Both the position numbers and the translations under genes were made by a program. DNA of 64,000 bases. Origin: Diadema antillarum (Eukaryota). The notes beneath the pieces were generated by a model. The model was not told the DNA's origin. It made no database searches and saw nothing but the letters and a program-made list of their open reading frames with translations. Position 1 is the stretch's first letter; each line of letters begins with the position of its first letter. Of the stretch, positions 13,838 through 27,027 are shown piece by piece. Location: assembly GCF_040938485.1 (NCBI RefSeq), contig NW_027271254.1, positions 124,001-188,000 of the forward strand. The letters are read 5' to 3'.

Positions 13838-15217
13838 TTAAAAATATCCTAAAGGCACTGCTGGATGAAATGACTTATTAACAGAGTCAAATTTTATTCT
13901 TTGCAGTGCAGCTGAAAAAAAGAAAAGAAAGAAGAGCAGTTGATTCTGTGTTTGCTTTTAGACTGGAATAATTTCTTGTTTACTGTCATGCTTCTCAAAT
14001 ACATTTTGAAGTGTCTTTGGAGTTGTAGAGTATTGAGACAGTGAAACAAGACCCTCAACTACCGCAGACTGCAAATAGTAGTCTAGATGCACCAGCTGTG
14101 TCACCACAAACTTCACAGCCCGGCAATAAAACATGTATAGCTCTCATTAAACAATGCATGCGGGTAAATGCATACATGTTGTATACGCACCATACATACG
14201 TATCTGAAGAATTAAACCCATACTTTGTTGGCAAAAGTAAACAGAGGTCAAGCTATGCTCGCCTCATCAGATGCTGTTTTAAAAGATGAAGCATTAAGAT
14301 TTCAGAATGGGTGCCAAGATTCGACCAAAAACTGGATTATAAAACCACTGCTGGACCATGTTTGGTTGAACATGATTTGGAGCAATGTGCTTTGGAAAGA
14401 CATGGTTTCTGTCTGTTTTCAGGTGCACAGTCATAACTTGCTAAGCATGGTATGCACAATGCTGAACATGTTTAGAAGCAAGTCCTTTTGCAAATCTGAA
14501 AGGGCTATACAATGTGCATATGGCATTATCTACTCTGAAGCAAGATGTTTTTGCGGTATGAAATTTTTGCCAATTGGAGCCAATGGCCTTTCTTTGCGGC
14601 ATGAAATTTTTAGCAAATTGAAGTCGATGGCCTTTTTCGTGGCAGGAAATTTTTGTGAATTGCCACTTGCATCAGTGTGAATAATGTAGACAAGAAGCTT
14701 TGGGTGCATGTTGATTTTGCAAAGTTTTTGGCTGTCGTGAAATTTGCAATATTAAAATGTACACGAACCTCTCTGGTCTTACAGTACTTTACTGAAAGCT
14801 TCTGCACCACACGTCTTGTTGATAAAATACGAGTTGACCAGAGATAGTGCTCATCAAGGAAGGGGTGGGGGGGGGGGGGAGGGAGAAAGAGTGTAGGGAC
14901 TTTAGAAAACTGAAGTCATATGATACTGCCTTGCTTGGTTAGAAGAGGAACTACAATCTATGAAAGGGAAAAAGGCTGAGATAAGCGCTGGTGGAGAAAG
15001 AAAACCCAGTTTGTGTGTCCAGTGCTGGGTCAAATTGTGACTGCCGATCTGATAACAGACGTATCTATCATCAATCATGCAGACTTAATCTCGCACCAGG
15101 GAGTAATGGACTCTTCTTGAGGTCTCCAAAGACGACATCCCAGCTGGGGTGAGAATCCCCTTGCAGGCTAACCCCCCCCCCTCCCACCCCAATTTTACTG
15201 GGGCAAGAGTCAGACAG

Positions 15218-15649
15218 GGCATTCAGACGCAAAAAATTTATACTAGAATGGTACAGCTATACCAAAACGGTATTGCTATACGATGAATTTATACGTCTGA
15301 ACGCTGACTAACGAAACGACGTATAACGAAACGACGTATAGTGAAACGATGGTGAGAGCATCGTTTCGAACTAGAACTCGATAACGAATCAGCATTCCTT
15401 GTGCGTCTGAACATATGGCGACCATAGAACGGTATAACAGGGCGGTGCTTATTGGGACCGCGCGCGATAGGAGACCCCACAGCTGTCACTCATGACTATA
15501 ATAGCATGCGCAGTGAAAAACTGCACATCTGTACGACGCTCAAATACCAGAATGGTCAAATCAGTGTCTGAACAGTCTGTCGGCTATACGATGATTCTTT
15601 ATACGTCCTTTCGTTATCGAGTTTTGGTATTGGCATGCGTCTGAAAAGG
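15218..15649. mobile_element. Harbinger-like MITE; degenerate inverted partial copy at ~23025-23265
   Basis: GGCATTCAGACGCA / TGCGTCTGAA ends. The interior (ATGGCGACCATA, CATGCGCAGTG) recurs reverse-complemented near 23070-23200. Confidence 0.6.
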
Positions 15650-16121
15650 GGGATCTGGGAAATGCATATCATAGCAAACTCAGCTCGCCTTCAATGGGTT
15701 AAGATTTGAGATGCAGCTGTGGTGTGAGTGCCATCTGCCAGTTTTCAGATCTTTAGAAGAAAGCATACATTATCACATATTATGGAAATAATTATGTTGC
15801 AAGCTGACCCGATTTTTAAAGTCAGAAAGCAAGCAAGAGTCATTTGTTATATATACCCAAAACATGTTTTCATATCGTGTGTGGTGATCATGGCTTGATG
15901 GTGTATTCTTACTCCGTTTCGATCAGTTCTTGGTGTGTGTAATTTGCAGTTTGAATAGTTTGAGTTTGACGTCTGAACCTGAATGAAGATTTGGAGCTAA
16001 TGTACACTCCGTAATCTCCACATTTGTATTCACTTCATCATATTACCGAGCTACAAGAGAGGTGTATCGAGAGTTGCTTCTTGTGATTGGCAGGCCGTGG
16101 AGTGTCTGATACAGCTGTTGT

Positions 16122-16335
16122 GTAGAATTTTGAGGAAACGATCTGTAAAAATTTCAAACAATGTAAAAAAAAATGTCAGTGAATGCGTGTGTGTCCATAT
16201 ATTGTACAAGCTGAAATTTTCGCGGTGCGGTAGAATTTTGAGGAAACGATCTGTAAAAATTTCAAACAATGTAAAAAAAAATGTCAGTGAATGCGTGTGT
16301 GTCCATATATTGTACAAGCTGAAATTTTCGCGGTG
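16122..16335. repeat. Perfect 106-bp direct duplication (16122-16227 and 16230-16335)
   Basis: Identical copies separated by CG; includes the left terminus of the 16310 MITE. Confidence 0.92.
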
Positions 16336-16504
16336 GTTTTATTTTCACGAATTTCGCAAATCGCCTTTGAACCGCGAAAATAACAACGCGCAAATAACTA
16401 AGTTCAGTTAGACCCTCGCAACCGCGAAATCTACAACACGCGAAAATGTCCTGCAAGTAGCAATTCGCGAAAATATCTGTACGCGAAAATTTCAGCTCGT
16501 ACAG
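16310..16504. mobile_element. TA-flanked MITE (CTGTAC...GTACAG type)
   Basis: TA-TTGTACAAGCTGAAATTTTCGCG ... CGCGAAAATTTCAGCTCGTACAG-TA; repeated CGCGAAAAT motifs. Confidence 0.8.
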
Positions 16505-17227
16505 TACATCTCGTGTGTGTATAAGTATTTATTCCTTTCATATTTATGTATTCATTTATTTGTACTAATGTGATTACAGATAGAGAGAGAGGGAAGGGTA
16601 GGGCATGCTAAAGTGCACTCCACTCAAGTACCCCAGCTTGATACCATGTAAACTTCATCACTCTTATTTCTGTGTCGCAGATTGACGTAGGCAAATGACC
16701 TACAAATTAATACCATCTAAAGTTATTCCCAGGATGTGTAACGCTATGAAGGTTGGAAGGTCCCCCTAGTAACTTGACCCAATTAGGACCAATGTTTACA
16801 TTTGAGTCAAGTGTGGGTCAAACTTCCTCGTAAGACATGGGGGGGGGCAGTGCTTGCTCATCAATCAGTGGGCCGACAGATAGATGTTGGGGGGGGGGGG
16901 GGTCGAAGAGAGAAGAGTGCGAAGTGTACACCTTTTTTTTGGGGGGGGGGGGGGGTAGGGGTTCTGACGAGATGTCTGGAACGCCCATGATTACTTAAGA
17001 GGTGTCGCAGCAGCCCAACACAGATGTCTTGCCCATCTCCGGCTGCAGATGTTTTGATTTACGGACGTGCTGTCCCAATATGAATCTGCCTTGTAAATAT
17101 TTTAAGAAGCAGTACTCTGTGACCATCTGAAATCCAAGAAGCAGCGGAGTGAAGTGGCCTGACTTTTCTCACTGTACTTCCCTTTCCATAGCCATTTATA
17201 CGTCTTCCTTGCTCTCCTATCATGCTT

Positions 17228-17649
17228 CCATTGTTGTCATTTATTTCATTGATCATTATTGCCCCTCACCCACCTTTTGTGATGCTAATATGGTGTCATC
17301 AATACAATGACAAGTTTTTTTACTCCAAAGGTTCGCTATTCCAGAGGTTCAGTGATCTTTAAGAATGGAATAAGGTTTATCATTCTTAAGGTTCATTAGT
17401 TTGAAAATGGAAAAAGAAAAATAGGTTCTTTATTCAAAAAATAATCCATTGTTGTCATTTATTTCATTGATCATTGCCCCTTACCACCTATCATGACATT
17501 AATAGAACAGTTTTTTACCTTTTACTCCAAAGGTCCGCTATTCCAAAGGTTCAGTAGTCTTTAAGAATGCAATAAGGTTTGTTATTCTGAAGGTTCGTTA
17601 GTATGAAAATTGAAAAAGAAAAATAGGTTCTTTATTCAAAAGATAATCC
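17228..17649. repeat. Imperfect ~218-bp tandem duplication within an ATTCCGAAGGTTCGTTA-type repeat region (related motifs at ~60610-60920)
   Basis: Both units start CCATTGTTGTCATTTATTTCATTGATCATT and end AAAAGAAAAATAGGTTCTTTATTCAAAA.ATAATCC. Confidence 0.85.
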
Positions 17650-17907
17650 AAAAATGAAATTCAGTTTTTCATTCCAAAGGTTTGTTAGTCCAAAGCAAAT
17701 GTGAAGTAAGATTTGTTAGTCCAAGAAGGAAGTAGGTTTGTTAGTCCGAATGTTGTTCATTTTAGTTTTATCAACTAACATCAAGACCAGCCTAGGATGT
17801 TGTGATTGACTCTGCTATAGCGAAGCTGAATGAATAACAGTCAATGGGTTAGTCTTTGTTGTGTTGGCTTGATGATTCAATTCAATTCTATTCATTACAA
17901 TTCAATA

Positions 17908-18146
17908 CTGTATACGCCATATATTTCGTGAGTCTAAATTTTCGCGGATCGGGAATTCCCGACCATTCGCAAGAGGTTAAATTCGCGATTGTGGAGTCCT
18001 GTACAAAACAGAGAAATGTACTAGCGTACGTCACATCCACATCGGGAACAGAGTCAATATTTTTGTGTGGTTTTAATTTCACGAATAGCAGCTGACTCGT
18101 GAAATTCACGAAAATAAAAACCTCGCAAAATATTCGATGTATACAG
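17908..18146. mobile_element. TA-flanked MITE related to the 16310 element
   Basis: TA-CTGTATACG ... ATGTATACAG-TA; TTCGCG/CGCAAAA subterminal motifs. Confidence 0.75.
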
Positions 18147-19157
18147 TACTTCATATCCATCGAACAGAAGGTAATAAATGATACAAAGTGCATTTTTGTC
18201 AATTCATATTGTTAAACAATTTGAGAGCAACACAAGTCTAAGTATAATATGGGTACTGGATGTACAAATGGCTACATCATGAGAAAACAATACTCACATG
18301 GCGTTGATGACAAAAAGTAAATAATCCCTATAGCCAGAGTGGATTACTGAAAAGCAGGGCTTGGAAGGCGTGGGTCACACAAGAAAACAATAAACCAGTA
18401 ATAACATATCGCCCTGACGGGCATCATTTTCAGGGATGTTGGATGTAGGAAGCTGGAAGCAATAAGAAGTTTTTGTAGACTGGTGTGGGTGGTATCTGGA
18501 AATAGATGTCACCGAAATCATTTGTGGGTCAACCATTTTCAAATACGTGCTTATCATTAATCGGGTTTCTGTTTTTCGCGGCTGGCTGTGGGTGGTGCTT
18601 CCTCGTGAAGTCGTTGATGCTCTTTGAGGTCGAATTATTTTTTTGTTAGTTGCATGATGCAAGATGCTACAGGAATCATAAAGGTTAAAATGTTTGAGAC
18701 TAGGTGGTCGTCATTGAAAATAACGGGGGAAAACTGGCACATTTTTTGTTATTTGTGAGTCAGAAAATATGCCTTACGCTTACAATCAAGTTGCTAAAAG
18801 CCTGAGGCAAAAAAAAAAAAAAAAATTGTGAAGAACTGACCAAAAATAGAACAACAACTCAGAAAAGATGCATGAAACAAGTTTTGACAGTGGTTGAATT
18901 CTGCATTTATGATATTGTAGCTGAGCTGAGATGTGTTACAAAAAAAGAAGTAGTTATGTATTTTCACTGCCAAATTGAAACAAGAACCTTGTTTATTTTG
19001 GACAAACAGAAATGGCTAAAAAGTTTCCATTTCCCCTTCTTAATGTCTAGAAATGATCACTAAATTCAGAGAAAGGAAATTTACAGGCATTTCAGTTCTC
19101 TTCTAGATTATCTAGCCAAATCTAGACAAATTCTGTTTATTGCACCAATTGTGTTTG

Positions 19158-19160
<3 letters not shown>

Positions 19161-19205
<45 letters not shown>
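19161..19205. repeat. (AG)n microsatellite
   Basis: Direct reading. Confidence 0.95.
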
Positions 19206-19209
<4 letters not shown>

Positions 19210-19851
19210 AGTGAAAAATTAACACCAACAAACATTTTTTTAAAACTGTGTATTCTGTCTAGTTTAGCATTGTACAAGTTGTTTATCTGAACAGGACTGC
19301 CTATTCTTGGATTTGGCAGGATCTCAGGCGTTGTGACTTGATATTCGTAAGAATCACTGAAGCGGATTATTATGCCAAAACAAATGAACAAAGGTTTGTG
19401 CCAGTGACGCATTTGCCCAAACTGTGAGACTTTTAACAATTGGTATGATGACCATGCATCGTTCAGTATAATGCCCACATACTGCGTTTCATGTGGGTCG
19501 GTTTGCATGGGTCAGTACCAAAAAGTGCTCAGCAGAAGGCCTGCTTAAATGAAATAAGAATTTGTTTTTATCCCTTCCTGATTAAGTGGTGGCCTCTGTA
19601 TCACACATTTATGGTCACTAATGTCATTGGTTGACATCGAATGAACTCAACACAAAAACATCGATGACTGCTTCTGTGTTCAAAGTTGGAGCGTCTGCAC
19701 TCTAAATTGTTCTGACAGTTAAGTGTGCTCGTAAAAATTCCATGTAGGTCCCCTACATTTACCAGATTACATGATTAGGAAATGAGGTCTATGTTCAGCA
19801 TGGCGCTAACTTCACCACTTTTCTTGTCGCGTTCTGTCTCTGTTGAAACAG

Positions 19852-19950
19852 TGCCTACGTCTTTCAGAATCGGAGCTCAGGGAGAGAGAAGTTGTGCACG
19901 TGGACATCGCATACGACAACGTTCCAGACAAATACTACAAAGAGAATGAG
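19852..19950 (+). CDS. PITPNC1: PITPNC1 coding exon (CLRLSESELREREVVHVDIAYDNVPDKYYKENE)
   Basis: CAG acceptor, GTGAGT donor at 19951, 99 nt in frame. Matches the PITP REV..DIA.D.....YK..E motif. Follows a 14.8-kb intron. Confidence 0.93.
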
Positions 19951-21885
19951 GTGAGTCTGCGAACATAGAAACGTGACTTAACTGGCAATTTTAGCTGCAG
20001 ACAGCTGTATGAAACAAAATAATCCTGCACTATCTTTTGATAAAATGAAAACTCAAGATCAAGAGCACAATAGAAAGTCACTTCATAGGTGCTGTAACCC
20101 TCCCAATCAAATTTTCAACATCACATTCCTGTGTTGAGAGGTGTCATATGAAGTGTTTAGAGCAAATGTCTTTTTTTTTTTTTTTTTTGGGGGGGGGGGG
20201 GGGGGAGATGCTGTGCTGTATTGAATGTTTTGACATGAAATATTGCAGATTTTCTTCAGTCACAAAGTAACCTGTTCGATGAATTACAGCAAATGGACCG
20301 TTCTCCCCGCCCAGGCACTCATTCTAGACGAGAACTAGTGCACACAAGTGCCTTTAATAGCCATTTGGGAATGGAAATTGGGTTAAATGATGCTTAATGG
20401 CTTCACAGTGTAGTCTTCTTTTTTTGCGTAAACGAGAGATTACACCTCTCACGGTCATAATTGCCGTCAAAACACTGGAGGAAGATTAATGCGGGCCAAA
20501 CCAGAGCAGCCGGGGGATCGGATGCTTCAGTCGTCACGGTAACATAGAGTGATGCATGCAGAGATGCAACCGAGGGGGTGGAGGAGGGCTCTTGATGACA
20601 GAGGGTTCTTCAACGTTTTGACTTGATTGGAATACATAGTAGGTGTCTGTCTGGATGAGCGATAACGCCATGGTAACGCCGAGTGATGCATGGTGACACT
20701 TTGCTGATGAGATCAGCTGACGACTATAATGACTATGTTACATTCTAGCTCGGTAATTATTGGTGGTGGTGTCTCGACAATTGATGGTGGCAATATCTAG
20801 TGTTTGCTGATGTGTGTATCTGTGCATGCACGTGATGTGTGTATGTTACACTGCAGCATGAGGATTTAACCACAACTCTTACTTTTTGAGTCTCCATGTT
20901 AATGTCCTCCTTGATGATAATGCATCAGGGTGTTAAATGCTTTATCCTGTCATTCAAAAAAAAAGGCGAACTTGTTATGAGCAGTGTAGTGTGTTGTGCT
21001 TATTTGTAGTAGACAATTCAAAACATCTCTCGAATTTCCTCATCAAGCAGGAACTTTGTGAAAAGACACAATGTAACAACATCAAAGCTCTACCGCCCTC
21101 CTAAATGAACAATATTTATCACGTTTATGCAGTTTTAATACCTATATGTATATGAGACCAGCAGTGAATGGTCATAAATTATCCCAGAGCAGTAGTGAGT
21201 TAATTGCCGGATTAGTCCATCAAATACAAACTGTATTTCTTTTGAGTTTATTGAAGCGATGTTCTCATGCAAGAATCAGAGATAAATCATCTGCCAACAA
21301 ATTTTGAGAAACGATGAAATGAATGAAAAGCAAGTCATGGCTTATTAGAAACAAAATGAGATACATTTGTTTGGTTTGTGACTTTAACTCTTTGTATGCT
21401 TTCAGTGTCATTTGACACAGAAAACCACACAACATTGTACACACTGTCCAAACTCCCTGACACAGAAAGGGTTTAAAGGAGCACTAGCAGTGAAACGCTG
21501 GTAGGACATTGATCGTCTTGTTCTGCATTGTGCAAGTGGTGGTCCTGTTTACCTTTGGGAGCAGTGATTTAAAAAAATGTTCAAGGTATCACTTTTGTTG
21601 CATATGTGTAGGTTAGTGGTGTCGCAAAACATCCTACCGTGTAAAATTTTCGCAATAAAGCCTAAAATATAAGGAAATATCACTATTTTTCTCATTAAAC
21701 CATAACTGTAGATGGCTTAGTCTGGAGACATTTTTATCGTAACTATTGTTCCCATTCTGTATATTCAACAATACTTAACATCAATTATACTGGTTCAGAT
21801 TTTTACATTGGTTGTTTCTATCCCTAACTCACATTCATCTGCAAATGGTAAAACTATGCCTTTAATGTCATTTCCTTTCCTGTAG

Positions 21886-21945
21886 GATCCAAGGAAATTC
21901 AAGTCAAGAAAGACGAGTAGAGGTCATCTGCAGAAAAACTGGAGG
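21886..21945 (+). CDS. PITPNC1: PITPNC1 coding exon (DPRKFKSRKTSRGHLQKNWR)
   Basis: TAG acceptor after pyrimidine tract, GTGAGT donor at 21946, 60 nt. Matches the DP..F.S.KT.RG.L...W motif. Confidence 0.95.
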
Positions 21946-23777
21946 GTGAGTCATCTCAAAAAGTTTCTCTGTTTGAATTTTCTCTCATGCTGACCCAGGT
22001 TGGCAGCATGGTTGACAACCTGTTAACAACCTTTCCTTCCTGTAACAGGTGTCCGGCAGTTAACCCATTGAGGATGAGTCCTGAATATACCTTGGCAGGT
22101 GTCTATGGGAAATGTGTGTTGTAGCAAAATCAGTCCGTCCTCAACGGGTTAAGATTTAATCCTAATGAGAGTGATGCAGGGGAACACTTTGGCAGTGTTT
22201 TGAAATGTGATTTCAATCAAGATTCGAATTGACTTCGATAAGATAGAGTAATATCATATTAATGGAATGGTCAACATTTCATAAAAATCAGACATAAGAT
22301 AAAGAATCCATGAAGTCGTGAAATTTTCCATGTGTGAATTAAAGAGTGATGTTGGTCACTACTACAAATATCTACAAAATGTGTATATGATGACAATGAT
22401 GTCATCAACTCACAGCTTTCTCATTGGTTTGTGCAGAAAAAAAAGGTCATGTCTTTAACTCTACAAGTCTACAACGCTTTCTATTGTACAACTGATGGAC
22501 AAATTGCCCTTCATGGATGTCAATGAGTATTGATTAGTCGGTGTTCTAGCAGTATCCATGATAAAAATTCATAGGCATACATGCTGGAGTTGGACTTGAA
22601 TCAACGATCTTCTGTTTACAAGATAGGCATTGTATCCACCAGACCACTAACCTTTTGCCTGACAACCAGTGCTGGTTCTAATTCTTGACAGCAGCGGATA
22701 CTGCATATTTATTCAAATAAATGCTTTCTCGCGTCAAGTTGTTTTTATTGCTACTGATTGACAAGAATGTATTAATTTAGATACAGCCCTTTCTTTCTAA
22801 AAGTTGTGGATGTGGTTTTTATACAGACGTGTGGAACATGGCAAATGCACGAGTGTGGGTCCATGCAGCAGCGCCCTCATGAATCCTTTGTCCGTTTCCC
22901 TTTAGTGATAGTAGGTACCTGGCTCTGTGTCTATCATCCTGTTCAGACACAAACCAGTTAACACCAAAATTCGATGAAGAAACAACATATAAATAGTTAT
23001 CATGTAGCTGACAGACCATTCAGGGGCATAATCTCGACCATTTGGAAAATGTGGTATAGATGTGCAGTTTCCCACTGCGCATGTTTTTGTGGTCATGACA
23101 TTGCTGCTAGCCCCTGCATGGCCTTCACCTTTCATGCATGCTCACATTAAGCCCTGCCCAGATATAGCATTTTATGGTCGCCATACGTTCAGAGGTACAC
23201 GGAATGGTGATTCATTATTGACTTCTAGTTTAAACGGTGATCTGACCATCGTTGCATTATACGTTTTTTTCATTAGCATTTAGATGTATAAATTTGTCAT
23301 ATAGCTATACCATCTTGTTAAAGCTGTGCTATCTTGGTATAAATTTGTTGAGTCTGAACACCCTGTATAGCTTGTCCTCCTGCCCCAAAAGGGAGATATT
23401 TGATCAAAAATGCTTTGATTTGCACTGTCTGAAGATTTCCCTAAATCATTCTCATTACCACTGGACAAATATTTTCACAATTTTTCTCTTTGTAAATCCC
23501 GCATGAACACAGTGATGCATTGTAGTTGGTCGTTCACCTTTTGTTGTGAGTTCATGCAATGGCAGTAGAGAGTTTGTTGATAGGAACTGGAGTGTTTCGA
23601 GGAAGTTTGTGGATTGAAAGGATTTCTGAGTAGTAAATCCGTAAACTCTCTCTCTCTCTCTCGTTCTTCCCTCTTTCTCTGTCCATCTGCCTATCTTTCT
23701 TTCTCAATCTTCTCTTTTTCCAAATCAGAATGAGATACATAGTATGTATATTTTCTCCTTTGGTTTGTCGCATGCAG

Positions 23778-23873
23778 GAAACAAGCGATCCCATCATGTG
23801 TTCCTACAAGCTAGTACGGGTCAAGTTTGAGCTCTGGGGCCTACAGACCAGGGTGGAGAACTTTGCACACAAG
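23778..23873 (+). CDS. PITPNC1: PITPNC1 coding exon ([32 protein letters not shown])
   Basis: CAG acceptor, GT donor at 23874, 96 nt. The P(I/V)MCSYKLV and WGLQTRVE motifs are characteristic of class II PITPs. Confidence 0.96.
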
Positions 23874-25414
23874 GTGGGTGTCCTTTCATCCTCTCTTATT
23901 TCTATCTGTCTGTCTGTTTGTGTGTCGGTCTGTCTGTGCATCTGTCTGTCTGTCTCTTTCTGCAGAATTTATGAATAGTTCAGAATATCAAGTCAAGATT
24001 TAAGTACAAAAACTATTTGTTAATGGTAGCCATTTTAAAATTCAAATTGGCAGCTGAAGATGTGCTTGGGAAAAGTGGTACCCTAAATTTTTGGAATCAG
24101 CACCTTTATATTGACAAGGTTAGTCAATGAATTCAATTTTGGCACAAAAATCCAGCTGGAATATATATTGTACTGTACTATATGTTTATTCACTGAAAAA
24201 AGTGGCATGCATTGTGTAAGTATGGAAGGGCATGGAATATTTGTAAAATTTTGACCTCATGGCAGGCAAGATGATAATGTGAATTTGTGACAATCCCCAA
24301 ATACAATAATAACCTGAGGGTGTGAGAGGTTAGTCCTGATCAAACACCCACATTTTCTCTTCCTGTGTGCCCACACAACCCTTAGAGCATTGATGTTAAG
24401 ATCAGTAGTAGAACACCTTCTTGGGGAGATTAAAGAGAGGGGCGATTTTACCCCCCTCTGGAGCAGGAGGAAGTGGAGGAGGAGGAGGTGATGATGCCAT
24501 CTTTGTCACTGCCTCCGGTATAAACACTCTGATCATGTTCCTAATGAAAACGATGCTATGTTTATGTCTTGAGGGGTGGGGGAGGGAGGGAATTTGATGA
24601 ACGACAGGCCCCCGACTAGAAGATGACTTCCGAGAAGCGTTCAATCCCAGAATCCAAGAACGCTCCAAGTTATATGGAGGCGTGATGGCAGAAGAATTAG
24701 AATTTTTTCAGTGTGTGTGTGTGTGTTTGCAGCAGTGGCAGCTTAATCAGTGCGAGTGAATAATTGCACAGACAGCAAAAGGAGAGATGGTGGAGGACGG
24801 GGGTGGATAGTGGGGGAGTATTCTACACAGTGATAGAATGTACTTCTCATGCTTGAACAAAACCTCTCCTCCTGTTTCCAAAATCAGATGATGAAGGATC
24901 AGGGGTTATTTTTAGGTTTCTCATCCATCAGTCTGGCACTTGGAGTACGGTAGTCAGCATCGTTGAATTGGCACTTGTGATACCGCTATCGTGACAGATG
25001 TTTTCCAATATCTGGCTGGCAGATTTGTGTTTGTCTGTTTGCGCTGTCTGTTTGTATGTCAGTCAGCTAATTTGGCTTGATTAGAAAAACAGTTATCATT
25101 GGCTGCCTGTCAGAATAAACGCATCATTCCATGTTTATCTCTCGTCCTCTTTTTCTCTCCCACCCCCCCCCCCCCCCCCCCCCCCCCGTCTGAATGTCTG
25201 TCTGTGTCTTTTACTTCCTCCTCTATTTCGCACTGCAACACATTCACTCTTTCTCTCTCTTGTCTGTTGGTCTGTCTGTCTGTCTCCATTTCTGTCTGTC
25301 TGTTTGTCTTTCTCTCTTTCTCTCTATATATCTTTCTCTTTATCTCTCTTTCTCTCCCTCCCTTTCTATATATCTTTCTCTTTATCTCTCTCTATCTCTC
25401 TCTATGTACATGAT

Positions 25415-25463
<49 letters not shown>

Positions 25464-25575
25464 TATCTCTTTCTCTCTCTATGTACATGATTATATATAT
25501 ATATATATCTGCATATATATCTATCTATCGAAATATATCCCTTTCTCTCTCTCTGTCTATCTTGTAAAATTGCAG

Positions 25576-25639
25576 GCCATACAGGACATTCTGCTGCTCG
25601 GTCACAGACAGGCCTTTGCCTGGATCGACGAATGGATAG
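25576..25639 (+). CDS. PITPNC1: PITPNC1 coding exon (AIQDILLLGHRQAFAWIDEWI + 1 nt)
   Basis: CAG acceptor, GTGAGC donor at 25640, 64 nt ending in phase 1. GHRQAFAW.DEW is the RdgB/class II signature (class I has HRQLFCW). Confidence 0.96.
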
Positions 25640-25694
25640 GTGAGCATCAAAACCTCCTTTGGCTGTATTCACTTGTCAAGATGTGTGACTCTAT

Positions 25695-26359
25695 GTGACC
25701 CGCTACAACAAAAGGATCCGCAAATCGGGGGAGGACAATTTTCTGAAAATGGCATGATATTATTCCCGTACTCTTCTACTTTAATTTCATACATAACACA
25801 ACTCATAAAAGTACTCGGTTGCGGGGATATCGATGATTTTATCAGCGCATGTCAAGTGGTTTAGGAAATCAGAGTTTTGAGAAAAACGCCTTCAAAGTTG
25901 TCCTTCCAACGCTGTCATGGTCAAGGGGAGGCGAGACAATTTTCACCGCTTGACAATAGAAGGCACGCTCCTAGCGACCTCCGCCATGTTCAGTCAAGCT
26001 TAGCGCCAGCGGTCTACGCACGACCAATCGGTAATCAGGATGCCATGCACTGACCAATAAGATCACTCCCTCGTTGCTAGGGGCGGAGTCTAGCTGCGGC
26101 GCTTAATCCAAATCTTCGGACATGTTTCTCTTACATTGAAAGTCAGAAAATCATGGCCCAGAAAAACGCTAATTTCTTGCCTTTTCTTTGATCATTTAGC
26201 TTCAAAATTCAGCAGATGATGGACAAAACATTAGACTACAAAAATGTGCCAAAAACAGAAATCCGATTGTTTTGACCAATTTTGATGATGCGACTTCAAA
26301 CTCGATTTTCTCGGCTCGGCCGTCAGCGACTTTAGGATCCTTTTGTTGTAGTGGGTCAC
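25695..26359. mobile_element. ~665-bp MITE with 4-bp TSD (CTAT), copy 1, in the last PITPNC1 intron
   Basis: TIR GTGACCCGCTACAACAAAAGGATCC / GGATCCTTTTGTTGTAGTGGGTCAC; CTAT on both flanks. Superfamily unassigned (4-bp TSD fits Sola-type). Confidence 0.88.
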
Positions 26360-27027
26360 CTATAGACCCTCTAGTCAGGATATACAATGTACATGTACAC
26401 TATAAACTACATTAGAGAACCAAGTTTTCCAACAGACTGCCATATTCATGTTTATATTCATATTCATATTTCAATTCTTGTCAGTGGATTACATTAGTAT
26501 TATCTTAGTATAAGCATGAACATACTTAAAGGTTGTCATCAGAACACATATTACAGTATGTGGGTTTAGTAACAGCAAAGGTAGGTGTGAATAGTTATTC
26601 ATTTGTACCACATTTGGACATTGATGCCTGCCCGGCAGAAGGGCGTAAGGCTTGTGTCCTCACAGAATCACAAGAAAAAATATGATTACATGATATGAAA
26701 GAGCTTTCAAAACACTATCAAATGATGTCACAAACCAAAATTCAGTTTTGGGTCAAATTTTCATGCCATGCACCACAAATGAATGCATGTGTCTCGATAA
26801 GTAACAAGTTTTTACTTCTTCTAGTGCATTTACTTTTACAAATGATAATTCTGCAATAATAGCAATAGCAGTGACACTGGTTTTCGTGATGATGTTGATG
26901 ATGATTATGATGCCAGTACGTACAACGTGATGTTGGTATGATATTAATGATTGATGTTGATGGGAACCATATTGTCACTTTCATCATCTTTCCCATGTGG
27001 AATATTTCCATTTCCGTTGTGTTGCAG

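Noticed and set aside
14225-14285. CTGATGAG cores suggesting hammerhead ribozymes (also ~3684, ~20705, ~63090)
   Set aside because: None has GAAA after a plausible stem II or a matching cleavage triplet with stems I and III.
14225-14680. 151-aa plus-strand ORF in the long PITPNC1 intron
   Set aside because: No recognisable motif, non-ATG start, no convincing splice context; expected by chance.
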